A DNA stretch of 62,765 nt, the filler included, from Aduncisulcus paluster (Eukaryota), in the NCBI GenBank assembly GCA_024181965.1. It is 9 parts of 9 records of this genome, joined end to end, with 100 filler letters (N's around TTAATTAATTAA, not from the genome) between each part and the next. Parts side by side here need not be neighbours in the genome. Positions count along the whole stretch, not along the records: positions 1 to 3,924 come from BQXS01011235.1; positions 4,025 to 14,483 come from BQXS01011236.1; 7 more parts are not named here. One strand, 5' to 3'. Positions 1 through 10,290 of this stretch are shown in pieces. The notes beneath the pieces are model-generated. The model was not told the origin of the DNA. It did not search any database and saw nothing but the letters and a program-made list of their open reading frames with translations. Positions within the stretch are counted from its first letter, which is position 1. Each line of letters starts with the position of its first letter. Both the position numbers and the translations under genes were made by a program.

Positions 1-139
1 AAAATAAAAATAGAGTCAAAGAATGTTTCAACTATCACAATCCTCCAAAGGAAAATCCTCTGAACCATCCAATCTCTTTATAAAATTTACCCAACATTTC
101 CCCTTGCATTTACTACGGTCACCGTTTCGACGATCGGGA

Positions 140-799
140 TTATCCCGTACTACGGGAAGCTAGTAGCTTTTTCACCAACTTTTCCTTCAGCCGACAAAAT
201 CTCTCAATGTGACCTTTCCGGTGACAAAAATTACATTCAATACTTTTCCTTTTCGAATCACCTGAAGTTCTCACATCTCTATCAGCCTTGGGGGTAAACA
301 GAGGCATCTTCCCAGAACCAGCAACAACAGAACAACTATGAGAAGTTGAAGATTTCATTTCCTTCTCTAACCCAAACATTTCAGGTCCATACCATCCAAT
401 TTGCTTCTGAGTTGTCCTCAAGTCCTTCAACTCCTCTGAAGCTTTCTGTATCGCAGTAGCAAGATCCTCCTCCGTTCCCTTTAATCTCAACTCTGGCAAA
501 ACATCATCAAAAACACTTGGAGGATAAGCATTCTTCAAAAAAAATTCCACGATTGTGGAATCCACACCCAATTCCGGGGCTTGGCTTCCCACCCTTTTAA
601 AATCGGTTACATACTTAATAAATGCAGTAACGGATTAAGATTTCTCCATAACAACTGTAAATAACTCAGTATGAAGATCATACGATGTCCCGGAAGCATC
701 AAGAGCAAAAAGAGCCCCTTTGAATCTTTTCGCTTCATCATCCGTCGTAACTTTCTTCATATCCATTATATCCAATAGAGCGGCACGCAAAGTATTCAT
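140..799 (-). mobile_element. Degenerate LTR-retrotransposon gag-like ORF with C-terminal CCHC zinc knuckle
   Basis: CNFCHRKGHIERFC fits CX2CX4HX4C. The same frame extends upstream to about 799 (MNTLRAALLDIMD...) with one in-frame TAA near 636. Confidence 0.7.
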
Positions 800-870
800 A
801 TTCTGTCATCCGTGGACCCATGACACTTCTTGGATTTGCTGATGTCATGGGTCCATGGATGACAGAATAT
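798..870. repeat. 28-bp inverted repeat (1 mismatch) with 17-nt spacer
   Basis: ATATTCTGTCATCCGTGGACCCATGACA (798-825) pairs with TGTCATGGGTCCATGGATGACAGAATAT (843-870). Confidence 0.9.
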
Positions 871-1182
871 AAATCTTTATTATTTATTTTATTTTATAAT
901 TATAATCTGATATTATAATTAACATTTATACTTCGTTATAATGTCTTAACTCGATGTTCGGAAGGTCAAGCTTTTTGTGTTTTGAAAACTAGAGTTTTTG
1001 TATCTCTATTTGGCGCGAACATGAAACAAGGAATAAATTTGCTTACAGCCATATTATAAATTTACTTCGGATCAACACTGACCCTTTTGACTTCCTTTCA
1101 GTATGAGGTTTCTTCTCCCTCAAACGACTTTTGTGTTTCGTCTTTGAGTTCAGACTTTAGCTTCCCCAAGCTCTTGGCTTCC

Positions 1183-2340
1183 TCAAACACTCACATAATT
1201 TCCATCCAGACTACGTTCGCTTCGCCCCATTAGAGTTTTAATCCCTGTAATAGAGTTCGGCGCTTGATCTACCTTCTCGAGCATCGTTACCCTCTCAGCG
1301 AACCTTGCAGGTCTAAGACCTGAAATAAACTTTATCTTGATCTCCAGAATTATGCCCTGGGCGTCCTTCACTCTACCAAAGAACCCTGTTGCAAAACCCG
1401 CGTAATTATCAAGCTTCCACACAGTCGTCTTCCTGGTATTTGATCTGAATACCAGTCTTTTGACAATCTTCTGTTGAACAGTGCTATTGTTTTATAAGCG
1501 GAAACTTTGGGTGACTTAAATTGGGAACACTTCACTGTCCTTATTGCTAAAGGGAGAAAATCTTTTTTTAAGGATTTTGCCAAGGATTTATAATCATCAT
1601 TCTCAAGAAACGAAATGCAGTATTTTACGGTCTCTGGCGGCTCTTTAAGTAATTTTAATGCCTTTTCAAGGGCATCCCATGCCACACAAACTTTGTAATA
1701 TTCCTGGATTATAGAATCCCAGCGGATAGGCGTGTATTGTATGGGCTTCATCTGGATGATCGATAATATTTCCTTGTTTGTAACTTTCTCAGGGTTAAGA
1801 CAGGCTTTTAAACCATATTAAAAATCTGAAACGAGCTCAAAGAAATACTTGAAATATTCCTGAAGTATAATATTGAGTAAGTGGCTGATGCGTGGTATCC
1901 AGACGGTTCCATAGTGCTCTTTCACCAGCTCTTGACATACAGCAACCATAAGAGGTTCTCTGTCACTAATTAATGCAGATATATATCCTAAACGTATTCC
2001 TATCCTCCTGAATTCTTCCTTCAATTGCTGAATAATACTTTATGTTGGTGATATTAACGATTGTTCAATCTCTTCCATGCAAGGCGCTAAAATTGGATAA
2101 ATGTGTATTAAAATAAATAATGTTGATGTCACATCAGGATTTTGCCTTTCATATTTTCCAGTGTCTATTTTTTTGGCCTTTAATGCCCTTAGATGAGATT
2201 GATATTGGATTTTGTATGCAGCTTGCAATTCATTTAATGTGCATAAGAGATCATCCCAGACGTATGTTATTTTTTCAAATTCTCTTATCAGTGAATCCCA
2301 TCTAATAGCCGTGAATTGAATCGGAGTTAATCCGACAATG
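1183..2340 (-). mobile_element. Fragmented hAT-superfamily (DUF659-like) transposase pseudogene
   Basis: Broken ORFs carry ISDREPLMVAV...WIPRISHLLNIILQE (hAT D...CxxH-LNL region) followed by YTPIRWDS (hAT TRWxS motif). Confidence 0.6.
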
Positions 2341-2505
2341 TCTAGAAGTTCTTTGTTTTCGGTACGCTAAACATAATTTTAAATTATTTTAAAAGATAGG
2401 AATTAATTCAAAATAATATTTAACATATTTTTGTATTATAATATGTAATAGATGACTAAGACAAGGAATCCAACAGTTTCCAAATCCTCCATCCACCAAT
2501 TCATT

Positions 2506-2760
2506 ACATACAGCAACCATAAGGGGTTCCCTGTCTCTTATAAGTGAAACAATGTTTCTTTTTTTGATACCTATTTCTCTAAATTCGTTTTTAAGAAGTC
2601 GGACAATACTGTCTTTCGGTCGAGGAATATCATCCTTGATCTCATCAATGCAGGGCGCTATTTAGAATATGGCTCATACAAGGAATCCATAGGGACCCAT
2701 ACCCCTTACTTACAAGATGCTCATAAATCGAAACCATCAAAGGTTTGTTGCTAATTTAAG
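2506..2760 (-). mobile_element. Second, diverged fragment of the same hAT-like transposase
   Basis: CATACAGCAACCATAAG at about 2507 repeats about 1936; ATGCAGGGCGCTA at about 2649 matches ATGCAAGGCGCTA at about 2077. Confidence 0.5.
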
Positions 2761-3446
2761 CTTAAACTGGTATACAATTTATTCAAATAAACGGGATGAC
2801 CATCTGTTCTATAAATAGATCTGAGAAACTAACAGTTCCCCTCTAGAACAGGAGGTCATCCCTGAGCCCTGGCAGGCGAAACCACTTGGGAAAAAGTCCT
2901 GACCAGCAAGGCGCATGATCTGATAGGATAGTATCTCTCGGGTGAGTGTATGATCTGATTCGATCGACCTGGGTATCTTATGATCACCAATGGTGTCATA
3001 ATCTGATGCCACTTGGCACGAATCTCATGTGAACTCGCCACGAGATCTGATGCTCATTTGGTACCTATCTCATACGTTTTGAACGATAAGTTTGCACTTG
3101 TGAAACGTTAACTTCGTATGATTTTAACGTTTTGGTACTACCAAAGAAAATAGTATTTTCATAAGGAACTGCTAATAAACGCCTATTTCTGACTTAAGCT
3201 AAGAGAGCAGACGTCTCCACCCCCCTAAAGTCGTAAAACAAGGCGAATATTACAGCAGAACATGAATGACAAGTGAAACCTTTCGAGAGAAATTAATCTA
3301 ATTTTTCAGAATAAATTAGATTTAAAACGGTTCTAAACCTTGGTTTTAGTTATTAAAATATATATATTATAAATTTTAAATTCAACCTTGGGCGCTGAGA
3401 AATTTGTTTTGGACAATTTTGTTAAGTAGAAGTGTTTTGATAAAAT

Positions 3447-3685
3447 TGTGGTGTTACCTTAGTTATAAGAATAAAACCAATCTTAGCAAGACTATGCTTG
3501 AAGACAATTTACTGTTTAAGATGAATCAGAATCTCGTTGAAGAAATCAATTAATCAATAATCGAATCAACAATGAAATATAAATAAAATAAATATAAATT
3601 AAATAAAATAAATAAAATATAATTATAAAACAAATAAATAAATAATAATATATCAAAGATTGAGAAAAATTAGAACATCACCACA
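3447..3685 (-). mobile_element. LTR-like unit (239 bp), TGTGGTG..CACCACA termini, preceded on the minus strand by a purine-rich tract (3' LTR)
   Basis: 7-bp terminal inverted repeat. The minus strand reads AAGGGGTGAG|TGTGGTGA. Internal layout (AT-rich TTTA tract, GATTCGA, TCTGAT, TTGGTTT, TAACACCACA) resembles 54339-54553. Confidence 0.6.
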
Positions 3686-3924
3686 CTCACCCCTTACTTT
3701 CTGAGGGGTTGTTCACAAGCACTCACACGCAAACACACCTCAGACACACTTCCAACAGCTCACACACAAGTTCTAACTTTATCGCGACAATCTTCGAACA
3801 ATTATCACTCATAAATCTGCTATCCTGATCAAAATGCTTATTTTGATTCTTCTTTCAACAGTTCGAAACGGATCGGACAAGGGACATCTCACAACTCAAT
3901 ACGTAAACTCTCTCAATATCAGCG

Positions 3925-4024
3925 NNNNNNNNNNNNNNNNNNNNNNNNNNNNNNNNNNNNNNNNNNNNTTAATTAATTAANNNNNNNNNNNNNNNNNNNN
4001 NNNNNNNNNNNNNNNNNNNNNNNN
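3925..4024. other. Artificial contig linker (N44-TTAATTAATTAA-N44). Also at 14484-14583, 37096-37195, 40791-40890, 44509-44608, 48140-48239, 52551-52650 and 56616-56715
   Basis: Identical 100-nt spacer with stops in all six frames. Confidence 0.98.
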
Positions 4025-4570
4025 ACTCACAAGAACATTACTCCTCAGAGCATTGAGGAGTTGAAGGTTAACGTCTTCAAGCCTGAACTGGTTGCTGAGC
4101 GTATTGCTGCCCAGATGCCTGGTCCTGACAGACGTGCTTTGTATGAATCTGGTGCCTCCGCTGGAGCTGGATTCATGGGAGCCATGGGTATGGGCGGTGG
4201 AATGATGGGAAGTATGATGGAAATGGCCAAGAAAGCCGTGGAACAAGAGTACGCCAATGCTGGACTCACTGTGAACAAGGACAAGGTCCAGGACATGAGC
4301 GCCCAGGGTGCTGCCATGGGTGGAATGGCCCAAGGAATGATGGGCGGTGTCATGGGTATGGGTGGCATGGGTGGAATGCCTGGAATGGGTGGAATGCCCG
4401 GAATGCCCGGAATGGGCGGAATGCCCGGAATGGGCGGAATGATGGGCATGGGTGGAATGCCTGGAATGTGTGGAATGGGTCAGCAACCTCAACAACAACA
4501 ACAAGGTGGTATGATGGGAGGTATGATGGGAGGTATGATGGGAGGTATGATGGGCGGAATGGGATTCTAA
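4025..4570 (+). CDS. 5'-truncated protein with Gly/Met/Pro-rich low-complexity C-terminus (GGMPGM, GGMM repeats); function unknown
   Basis: Frame is open from the contig edge to TAA at 4570, with the biased codon usage of a real gene. Confidence 0.7.
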   Translation, partial: THKNITPQSIEELKVNVFKPELVAERIAAQMPGPDRRALYESGASAGAGFMGAMGMGGGMMGSMMEMAKKAVEQEYANAGLTVNKDKVQDMSAQGAAMGGMAQGMMGGVMGMGGMGGMPGMGGMPGMPGMGGMPGMGGMMGMGGMPGMCGMGQQPQQQQQGGMMGGMMGGMMGGMMGGMGF

Positions 4571-5032
4571 ATAGAACCTTAAATAGTTCCTTGAAAAACA
4601 AAATTCGATTTCTTATGTTTATTTAACTGTTTCTCGCCAGGCTATTACGCTTTATTTGTGCTATTTAACATGTAAAAGTAAAAGGGATTTGTATATATCC
4701 GAAAATCAAGACCCCATGACCAAAGAAACAATAAAAGCCCTCTCTAAGAGCTTGAACCGAAGACACAATGATTATGCCATAATCATTATGGGGCTGATAC
4801 TGGATAGGACCACTCGGAGTCTCGAGCAGATGGAGAGTCAAGAACCAGTTCGGCGTACTCCCACAGACCGAAGTCCTGGGATCGTCATAAAATGACATAA
4901 TCATAAATTGTATATTATCCTTACGCTTTTTGTCTAAAATAATAATTATGAAATTATTATTAAAAAAAAAATCTCAAAGGGATACAGTCAGATCTATAAA
5001 AATAACAGTATTTATAATATACAGATCAATCT

Positions 5033-5436
5033 GAGCCAAAGAACACCTTGATCACTCGTTTTTTGGAACCATTCGGGTGGTTCTGGAAGGGAGGTATGAG
5101 TGTGGATTGTCGCGAAGAGTAGCAACTTTGCTAGGGTTCCGGATCTCGATCTGAGGACAGCTTTGATTATGTTTCTTAGTGAAGGAAACATGGGAGAGCA
5201 CCAAGATTTGACAAGACCATTATAAAATGCAACCCCCCATTGGCACTATCTCGACGAGGATCTTGGCCAAAAATCAGAACCTTCACATGTTTTGGACCAG
5301 CCGGAAGAAATTTAAATGCATTGAAGACCAAATCTGACCGAGGGAAATATGATTTCGGAGCGGAAGGACCAAGAAAGTCAATAAGAGATTTTGAACTCTT
5401 AGATGGTAAGAGAAATTCATCTAAATATTTCCTTCA
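5033..5436 (-). pseudogene. UNG: Uracil-DNA glycosylase (family 1, UNG) pseudogene
   Basis: Manual translation gives YFPRSDLVFNAFKFLPAGPKHVKVLIFGQDP-RRDSANG, a frameshift in G6 (5233-5238), then VAFYNG...FPSLRNIIKAVL...PPEWFQKTSDQGVLWL. There is an in-frame TGA at 5434-5436 and no C-terminal half. Confidence 0.8.
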
Positions 5437-5667
5437 TATCAATCAGAAAGTTCATATTCACTTTCTTTTAATGCCATAGATGGCAACTCGGCGAAAAAAA
5501 AAATAAAAACGATACCAAGTCGAATAAGCAACATTTCTGAATTTGGAAATAACCTATCATCCCTAAAACTTCAAATGATAACTTAAAAATATTTATATAT
5601 TTGAAATAACCAGTTGATGTGGTATTTTCGCAAATTTTCAATTTGGAGAGCATTTGTGTATAGTATT

Positions 5668-6522
5668 ATGGAGGATGGACTAATAGAACGGTTTGATAAG
5701 CTAAAAGCTGAAAATGAGTTGTTGGAGAAACAGATCCGCGATTCTCTTCGATCCTTACATAAAACAACCGATGAATTGCTTTCACAGGCAACCCCTGAAG
5801 TAATTAGTGGAATTAGTGGATCAATTGATTCTTCTCCTAGACCTGGTGATGCTTTAGGAGTGTCGACTGCCTCTCAAAGTCATATTGATAGTACAATTTC
5901 GGATTCAATCGCTATTACATCAAAATCGCTGACTCAAGTATATGAAAACCCCATGCTTTCCCTTGTATTCGATCCTTCTTTACTCTCAAAAATGTATTCC
6001 CTTCAGCAACGTGTTTTTAGAGGGCTATCGTTTGCCGATGAGCAAGCGGCGAGGCATAACAGGAATCTTCTTGCCTGTCATACTGCCCATTCAAATATTC
6101 TAGCAATGCTTCAAGCCATGGATGACGAAGGAGTTGCCATGCTTGAAGAAGAAGTTGCCAAGAGATCGAGTGAGATTGAGAAACTTGAATCATCAATTAC
6201 ATCTCTGAAGATATCGAATAAGGATTTTTCTACTGCCATTTCAGCTCTTAGGGAAGAGGAGACCAAACAGTGTCTTCGTCTGGCTGCTCTAAGAGAGAGA
6301 TTGGGGACTGTTATTATGAGTGTCAGTGATTCCGAGGCTGAAACGAGTCTTCGGGAAAATATTCAACAGGAAATCGAAAGAATTGGAGCTGAATGCAAGG
6401 CCATTGATGACGAAAATAAGGAACTTAAAATGGCACTTCACAAAACACAAAAAGAGCTTCAAGATGTTATAATTTCTTTGCAAAAACAAGATGAAGCGCT
6501 TAGAATTGGGGAAGAGAAATAG
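5668..6522 (+). CDS. Coiled-coil hypothetical protein
   Basis: Long ORF with first ATG at 5668 (MEDGLIERF) and heptad-rich sequence. Confidence 0.75.
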   Translation: MEDGLIERFDKLKAENELLEKQIRDSLRSLHKTTDELLSQATPEVISGISGSIDSSPRPGDALGVSTASQSHIDSTISDSIAITSKSLTQVYENPMLSLVFDPSLLSKMYSLQQRVFRGLSFADEQAARHNRNLLACHTAHSNILAMLQAMDDEGVAMLEEEVAKRSSEIEKLESSITSLKISNKDFSTAISALREEETKQCLRLAALRERLGTVIMSVSDSEAETSLRENIQQEIERIGAECKAIDDENKELKMALHKTQKELQDVIISLQKQDEALRIGEEK

Positions 6523-6570
6523 AAGTTGTAAATTTTATTATTTAATAAATTGTTTGTTTCTAGATTCTGT

Positions 6571-7092
6571 CTATTCTGAAATTCCTTTTATATATTCCTG
6601 TGCTGATGGATGACAATCAATAAATTGTTTAGTAATAGCGATACAACAGCAATGCTTAACATCAACAGCCTGTGAGAGAATGAAAGAAGGAGTAAGGGAG
6701 GGATAGGCTATTAGTGGAATCTTTAGTGCTTCAGAAAGTGGGGATAAGTGTTCTGTCAACCATATTGGACGAACATCATTTGCATAAACTATTGCTTGAA
6801 TTTGAATGTGATCTGCAGATTCACTTTTTTTAGATATTTGTTTAACTTTAGATAATATTGATACTTGCCGCTCTAAAATACGAGTGATCTTATTTATCCC
6901 AATTAATATAGATTTATCAAGAATAGAACGTTGTATATCTTTTTCAATTTCTTTTAATGACCGTGTTGGAACGACTCCACGGGTCAAAAAAGCTTTAGGT
7001 TTCTTTTTCACAACTCTAGTCCCTCTCTTTGGCCTTGGAACCTTTTTATATTCATTTTTAATATATAATATGAGCTTTTCGATGTTTTTCAT
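6571..7092 (-). CDS. L7Ae/L30e-family RNA-binding protein, RNase P/MRP subunit RPP38/POP3-like
   Basis: ILIGINKITRILER and NDVRPIWLTEHLSPLSEALKIP resemble the RPP38/POP3 GxNxVTRxLE...P..L..HL..L pattern. Confidence 0.6.
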   Translation of the reverse strand: MKNIEKLILYIKNEYKKVPRPKRGTRVVKKKPKAFLTRGVVPTRSLKEIEKDIQRSILDKSILIGINKITRILERQVSILSKVKQISKKSESADHIQIQAIVYANDVRPIWLTEHLSPLSEALKIPLIAYPSLTPSFILSQAVDVKHCCCIAITKQFIDCHPSAQEYIKGISE

Positions 7093-7567
7093 CTATCCAA
7101 TGCAAGCAAAACTCTCACAATAGCCTTCTGCGAAAAATTTCCGTTCTAAATGGAAAAGACCATAATTGCCAAATAAATTATAATAAATCAAGATAAATGA
7201 CATTAATTATCATTTAATTGAAATAAATTCGCCAAAATAAAGTCATCCGGCAAAATTCGACTTTTTTGGCCAAATCAAAATGTAATTTATCCATTTAATT
7301 CATTATTTCATCCAATCTATAAATTTTATGTTCTCTCAGAGTTAAGATAGATTAATTATTCCTATGTATGGAAAGAATCTAAATTAGTCATCATTTTCAA
7401 AATTATCCTCGGAATAAAAAATAATCCTTGCTTATATAATGTCATCTTGTGTATTTTTCTTCTCCTTTCCCGCCAAGAGTCAATCCGATTGAACATAAAA
7501 TACACACAGTTCATTTTGGTGAGATATATTGTGTATTACTGGTTTCATATTGGATATTGGATAAAAT

Positions 7568-9266
7568 ATGTTTGCTTCTGGAAAAGGAAAAATTCCTGAG
7601 AGAGTGAATTGTGAGAGACAGTTCAGGCAGCTGGAAAAGCTCATTTTTGGACCTTTCGTTCATATTCCATGCGAAAATAAGTATATGCTGCCATACCATT
7701 ATCTGAAAATGTTTATTGGTATCTTTATTTTGGTCCCTATTCGCTTCATCCTAGCCATGTTTTTTCTCTTCATAGCGTATGTTACAGTTCGTATTATGTT
7801 CTCTGGAGCTCAGCTTACCTCACATGGAACTCTCCATCCGGGTAGTAAGCGTGATCGTATTACTCGAGGCATGTTAAAAGGAATGGCAAGGTGTATTTTG
7901 TTTGTTTCTGGACATCACTACATTCATACGACAGGTTTTGAGAATGTAAACACATCATCATGCAAAATTGCTGTCATTGCTCCTCATACTTCCTGGTCTG
8001 ATATCCTCCTCCTCCTGTCATTCGGATTTTCTTCATTCGTTGCCAAATCTGAGTTAAAAAAGGTTCCCCTTGTGGGATATATTGCCAGAGGTGCCGGTGC
8101 TCTATTTGTTGAGCGTTCTTGCGTTGATAGCCGGACATTTGTGAGGGAATCTATCACGAAGCGTGCCACCACTCCCGATGGAGTTCCCATGTGTTTGTTT
8201 GTCGATGTTAAAAGGAATGGCAAGGTGTATTTTGTTTGTTTCTGGACATCACTACATTCATACGACAGGTTTTGAGAATGTAAACACATCATCATGCAAA
8301 ATTGCTGTCATTGCTCCTCATACTTCCTGGTCTGATATCCTCCTCCTCCTGTCATTCGGATTTTCTTCATTCGTTGCCAAATCTGAGTTAAAAAAGGTTC
8401 CCCTTGTGGGATATATTGCCAGAGGTGCCGGTGCTCTATTTGTTGAGCGTTCTTGCGTTGATAGCCGGACATTTGTGAGGGAATCTATCACGAAGCGTGC
8501 CACCACTCCCGATGGAGTTCCCATGTGTTTGTTTGTCGAAGGAACCACCACAAATGCCTCCATGCTCCTCCAATATCGGGCCGGAGTGTTCAGAGCCGGT
8601 GTTTCCGTGCAACCAATCATTGTGAAGTACCCTTATGTTTTTGATAACCCAGCCTGGGACACTAATGGGTCTATTCCGAATATTATTCACGTTCTTTCAC
8701 AGTTACATAATCGAGCTGAGATCCATTTCCTCCCTGTTCATGATCCAACCGATGCCGAGCTGAAAGATCCCATTTCCTTTGCCGAGCATGTTCGTGTGGA
8801 GATGTCCTCATATTCTTCCATTCCCCATTCGTATTTAACTCAAAAGCACAAGCTTATCTATCAAGATTACGTCTATGGACTCCTGACATGGGATGAGATG
8901 ATGGAAAAGATCGAAGAGAAGTGTGGACAGTCAGTTCGTGATCTCCTTCGGCTCGGATGCAAAGATTTGGGCATGACCGAAGCTCAGATTATCAAGAAAC
9001 AGGAAGAATTCGACATTGTGATATCTGGACAAGGAGAAGGCATCTTCATGAACAAGAAGGAACGTAAAAAGATGCAGAAGAAAGAGAAGAGGCAGCAGAA
9101 GAAAAGGAAGAAGTCCAAATCTGATCAGAGCAGTCACAAAGACCATAGTGAAAACCCTTCAAGTGATGAAAAACAAGCTCTTCTCTCTGATGAGTCAAAG
9201 TGGAAATCCCTGGATGCGGATGCCCTCCAAGCCCTCTCTCTCGAACTAGACGCAGAGCCAAAATGA
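7568..9266 (+). CDS. Lysophospholipid acyltransferase (LPCAT/PlsC family), interrupted by a 334-bp exact tandem duplication
   Basis: N-terminal TM helix, HTSWSD (HX4D), FVAK, FVER and FVEGTTTN motifs. Removing one copy of 7871-8204 (=8205-8538) gives one continuous ORF. Confidence 0.85.
7871..8538. repeat. 334-bp exact tandem duplication
   Basis: ATGTTAAAAGGAATGG starts at both 7871 and 8205, and the copies look identical. Confidence 0.95.
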
Positions 9267-10290
9267 GCAATCATAGTTCTATATATTCTATACTATGATT
9301 ATTATTATAATATCATGTCTTTTATCGAATCATTTCTTGTTCCATTTTGATCTCTTTCTTCTGCTTTCATTTCCGTCTTTTTTCTATAATTTATGGCTAG
9401 TTTTCGTCTTTAGTCTTACGAATGTCAATTCTTAACTGCCATATATCTATCTATCATAATATCTAATATGAACTGAATGAGAGAGTTCACTTTTTTATTA
9501 TTATTTCAGGATTCTCCTCCAGTTTCTCATTTTCTATTTTTATAATTTCTCTCTTTTTATTCAATCATTTCTTGTTAATATCGGTTATATATTATTAATT
9601 TCAGTAATATAATATCGGTATTCACAGATATTTTAGTTATGATTGGTTTATTTCTTATGATCCCTCCCTTAAATATTCACATTTTCAATAATTAATTATT
9701 GTCACAAAATATGAAATAATTATTATGTTTAGCTATCTTGATTCCGTCGTTTATCCTTGTATTTTAAAACCTTTTTGTATCGAGATAAAACCCCTATTCC
9801 GTTTGCTTATTGCCAAAACCTGCAATCTCCTTGGTTTTCATGAACAGTTGTGTTCATGATTCACTGTATTATTCAGCCTTCATTTAATCCATGAAATTCT
9901 GAGATATAATACTCGATTTCAAACGGTCGTAAATAAAAGTCTAAAAAGGTACTACCTCATTTTTGGTTCTAAGCTTTTGTTTCATGGGCTTGGAAATCTG
10001 TAACGGAACCATAAAAAATGGTGACAAAGGTTGAAAGTCGATGATGTTAAATGAACAGGGAAAATATCAAATATTATGAGATTCATACAAGATAAATGAG
10101 AAAACAAAGAGAATCAAACAATAATGTCAGGAGTTATCAACAATTTCAAAAATTTAATAAAAGATGTGAATTTTTAAGATAAATGAAAGAACCGACAAAA
10201 TAGGACAATCAAACTCTCAACTTGAAAGAAGCGAATAGAGAAGATCGAATTCGAAATTTATAAACATTTGAAGATGATTGAATACTAAAT

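Noticed and set aside
3969..3980. Recurrent TTAATTAATTAA palindrome inside N runs
   Set aside because: Synthetic six-frame-stop contig linker, not biology.
7871..8538. Apparent two-gene or frameshifted acyltransferase pair
   Set aside because: An exact 334-bp duplication explains both ORFs; most likely an assembly artefact like the other duplications.
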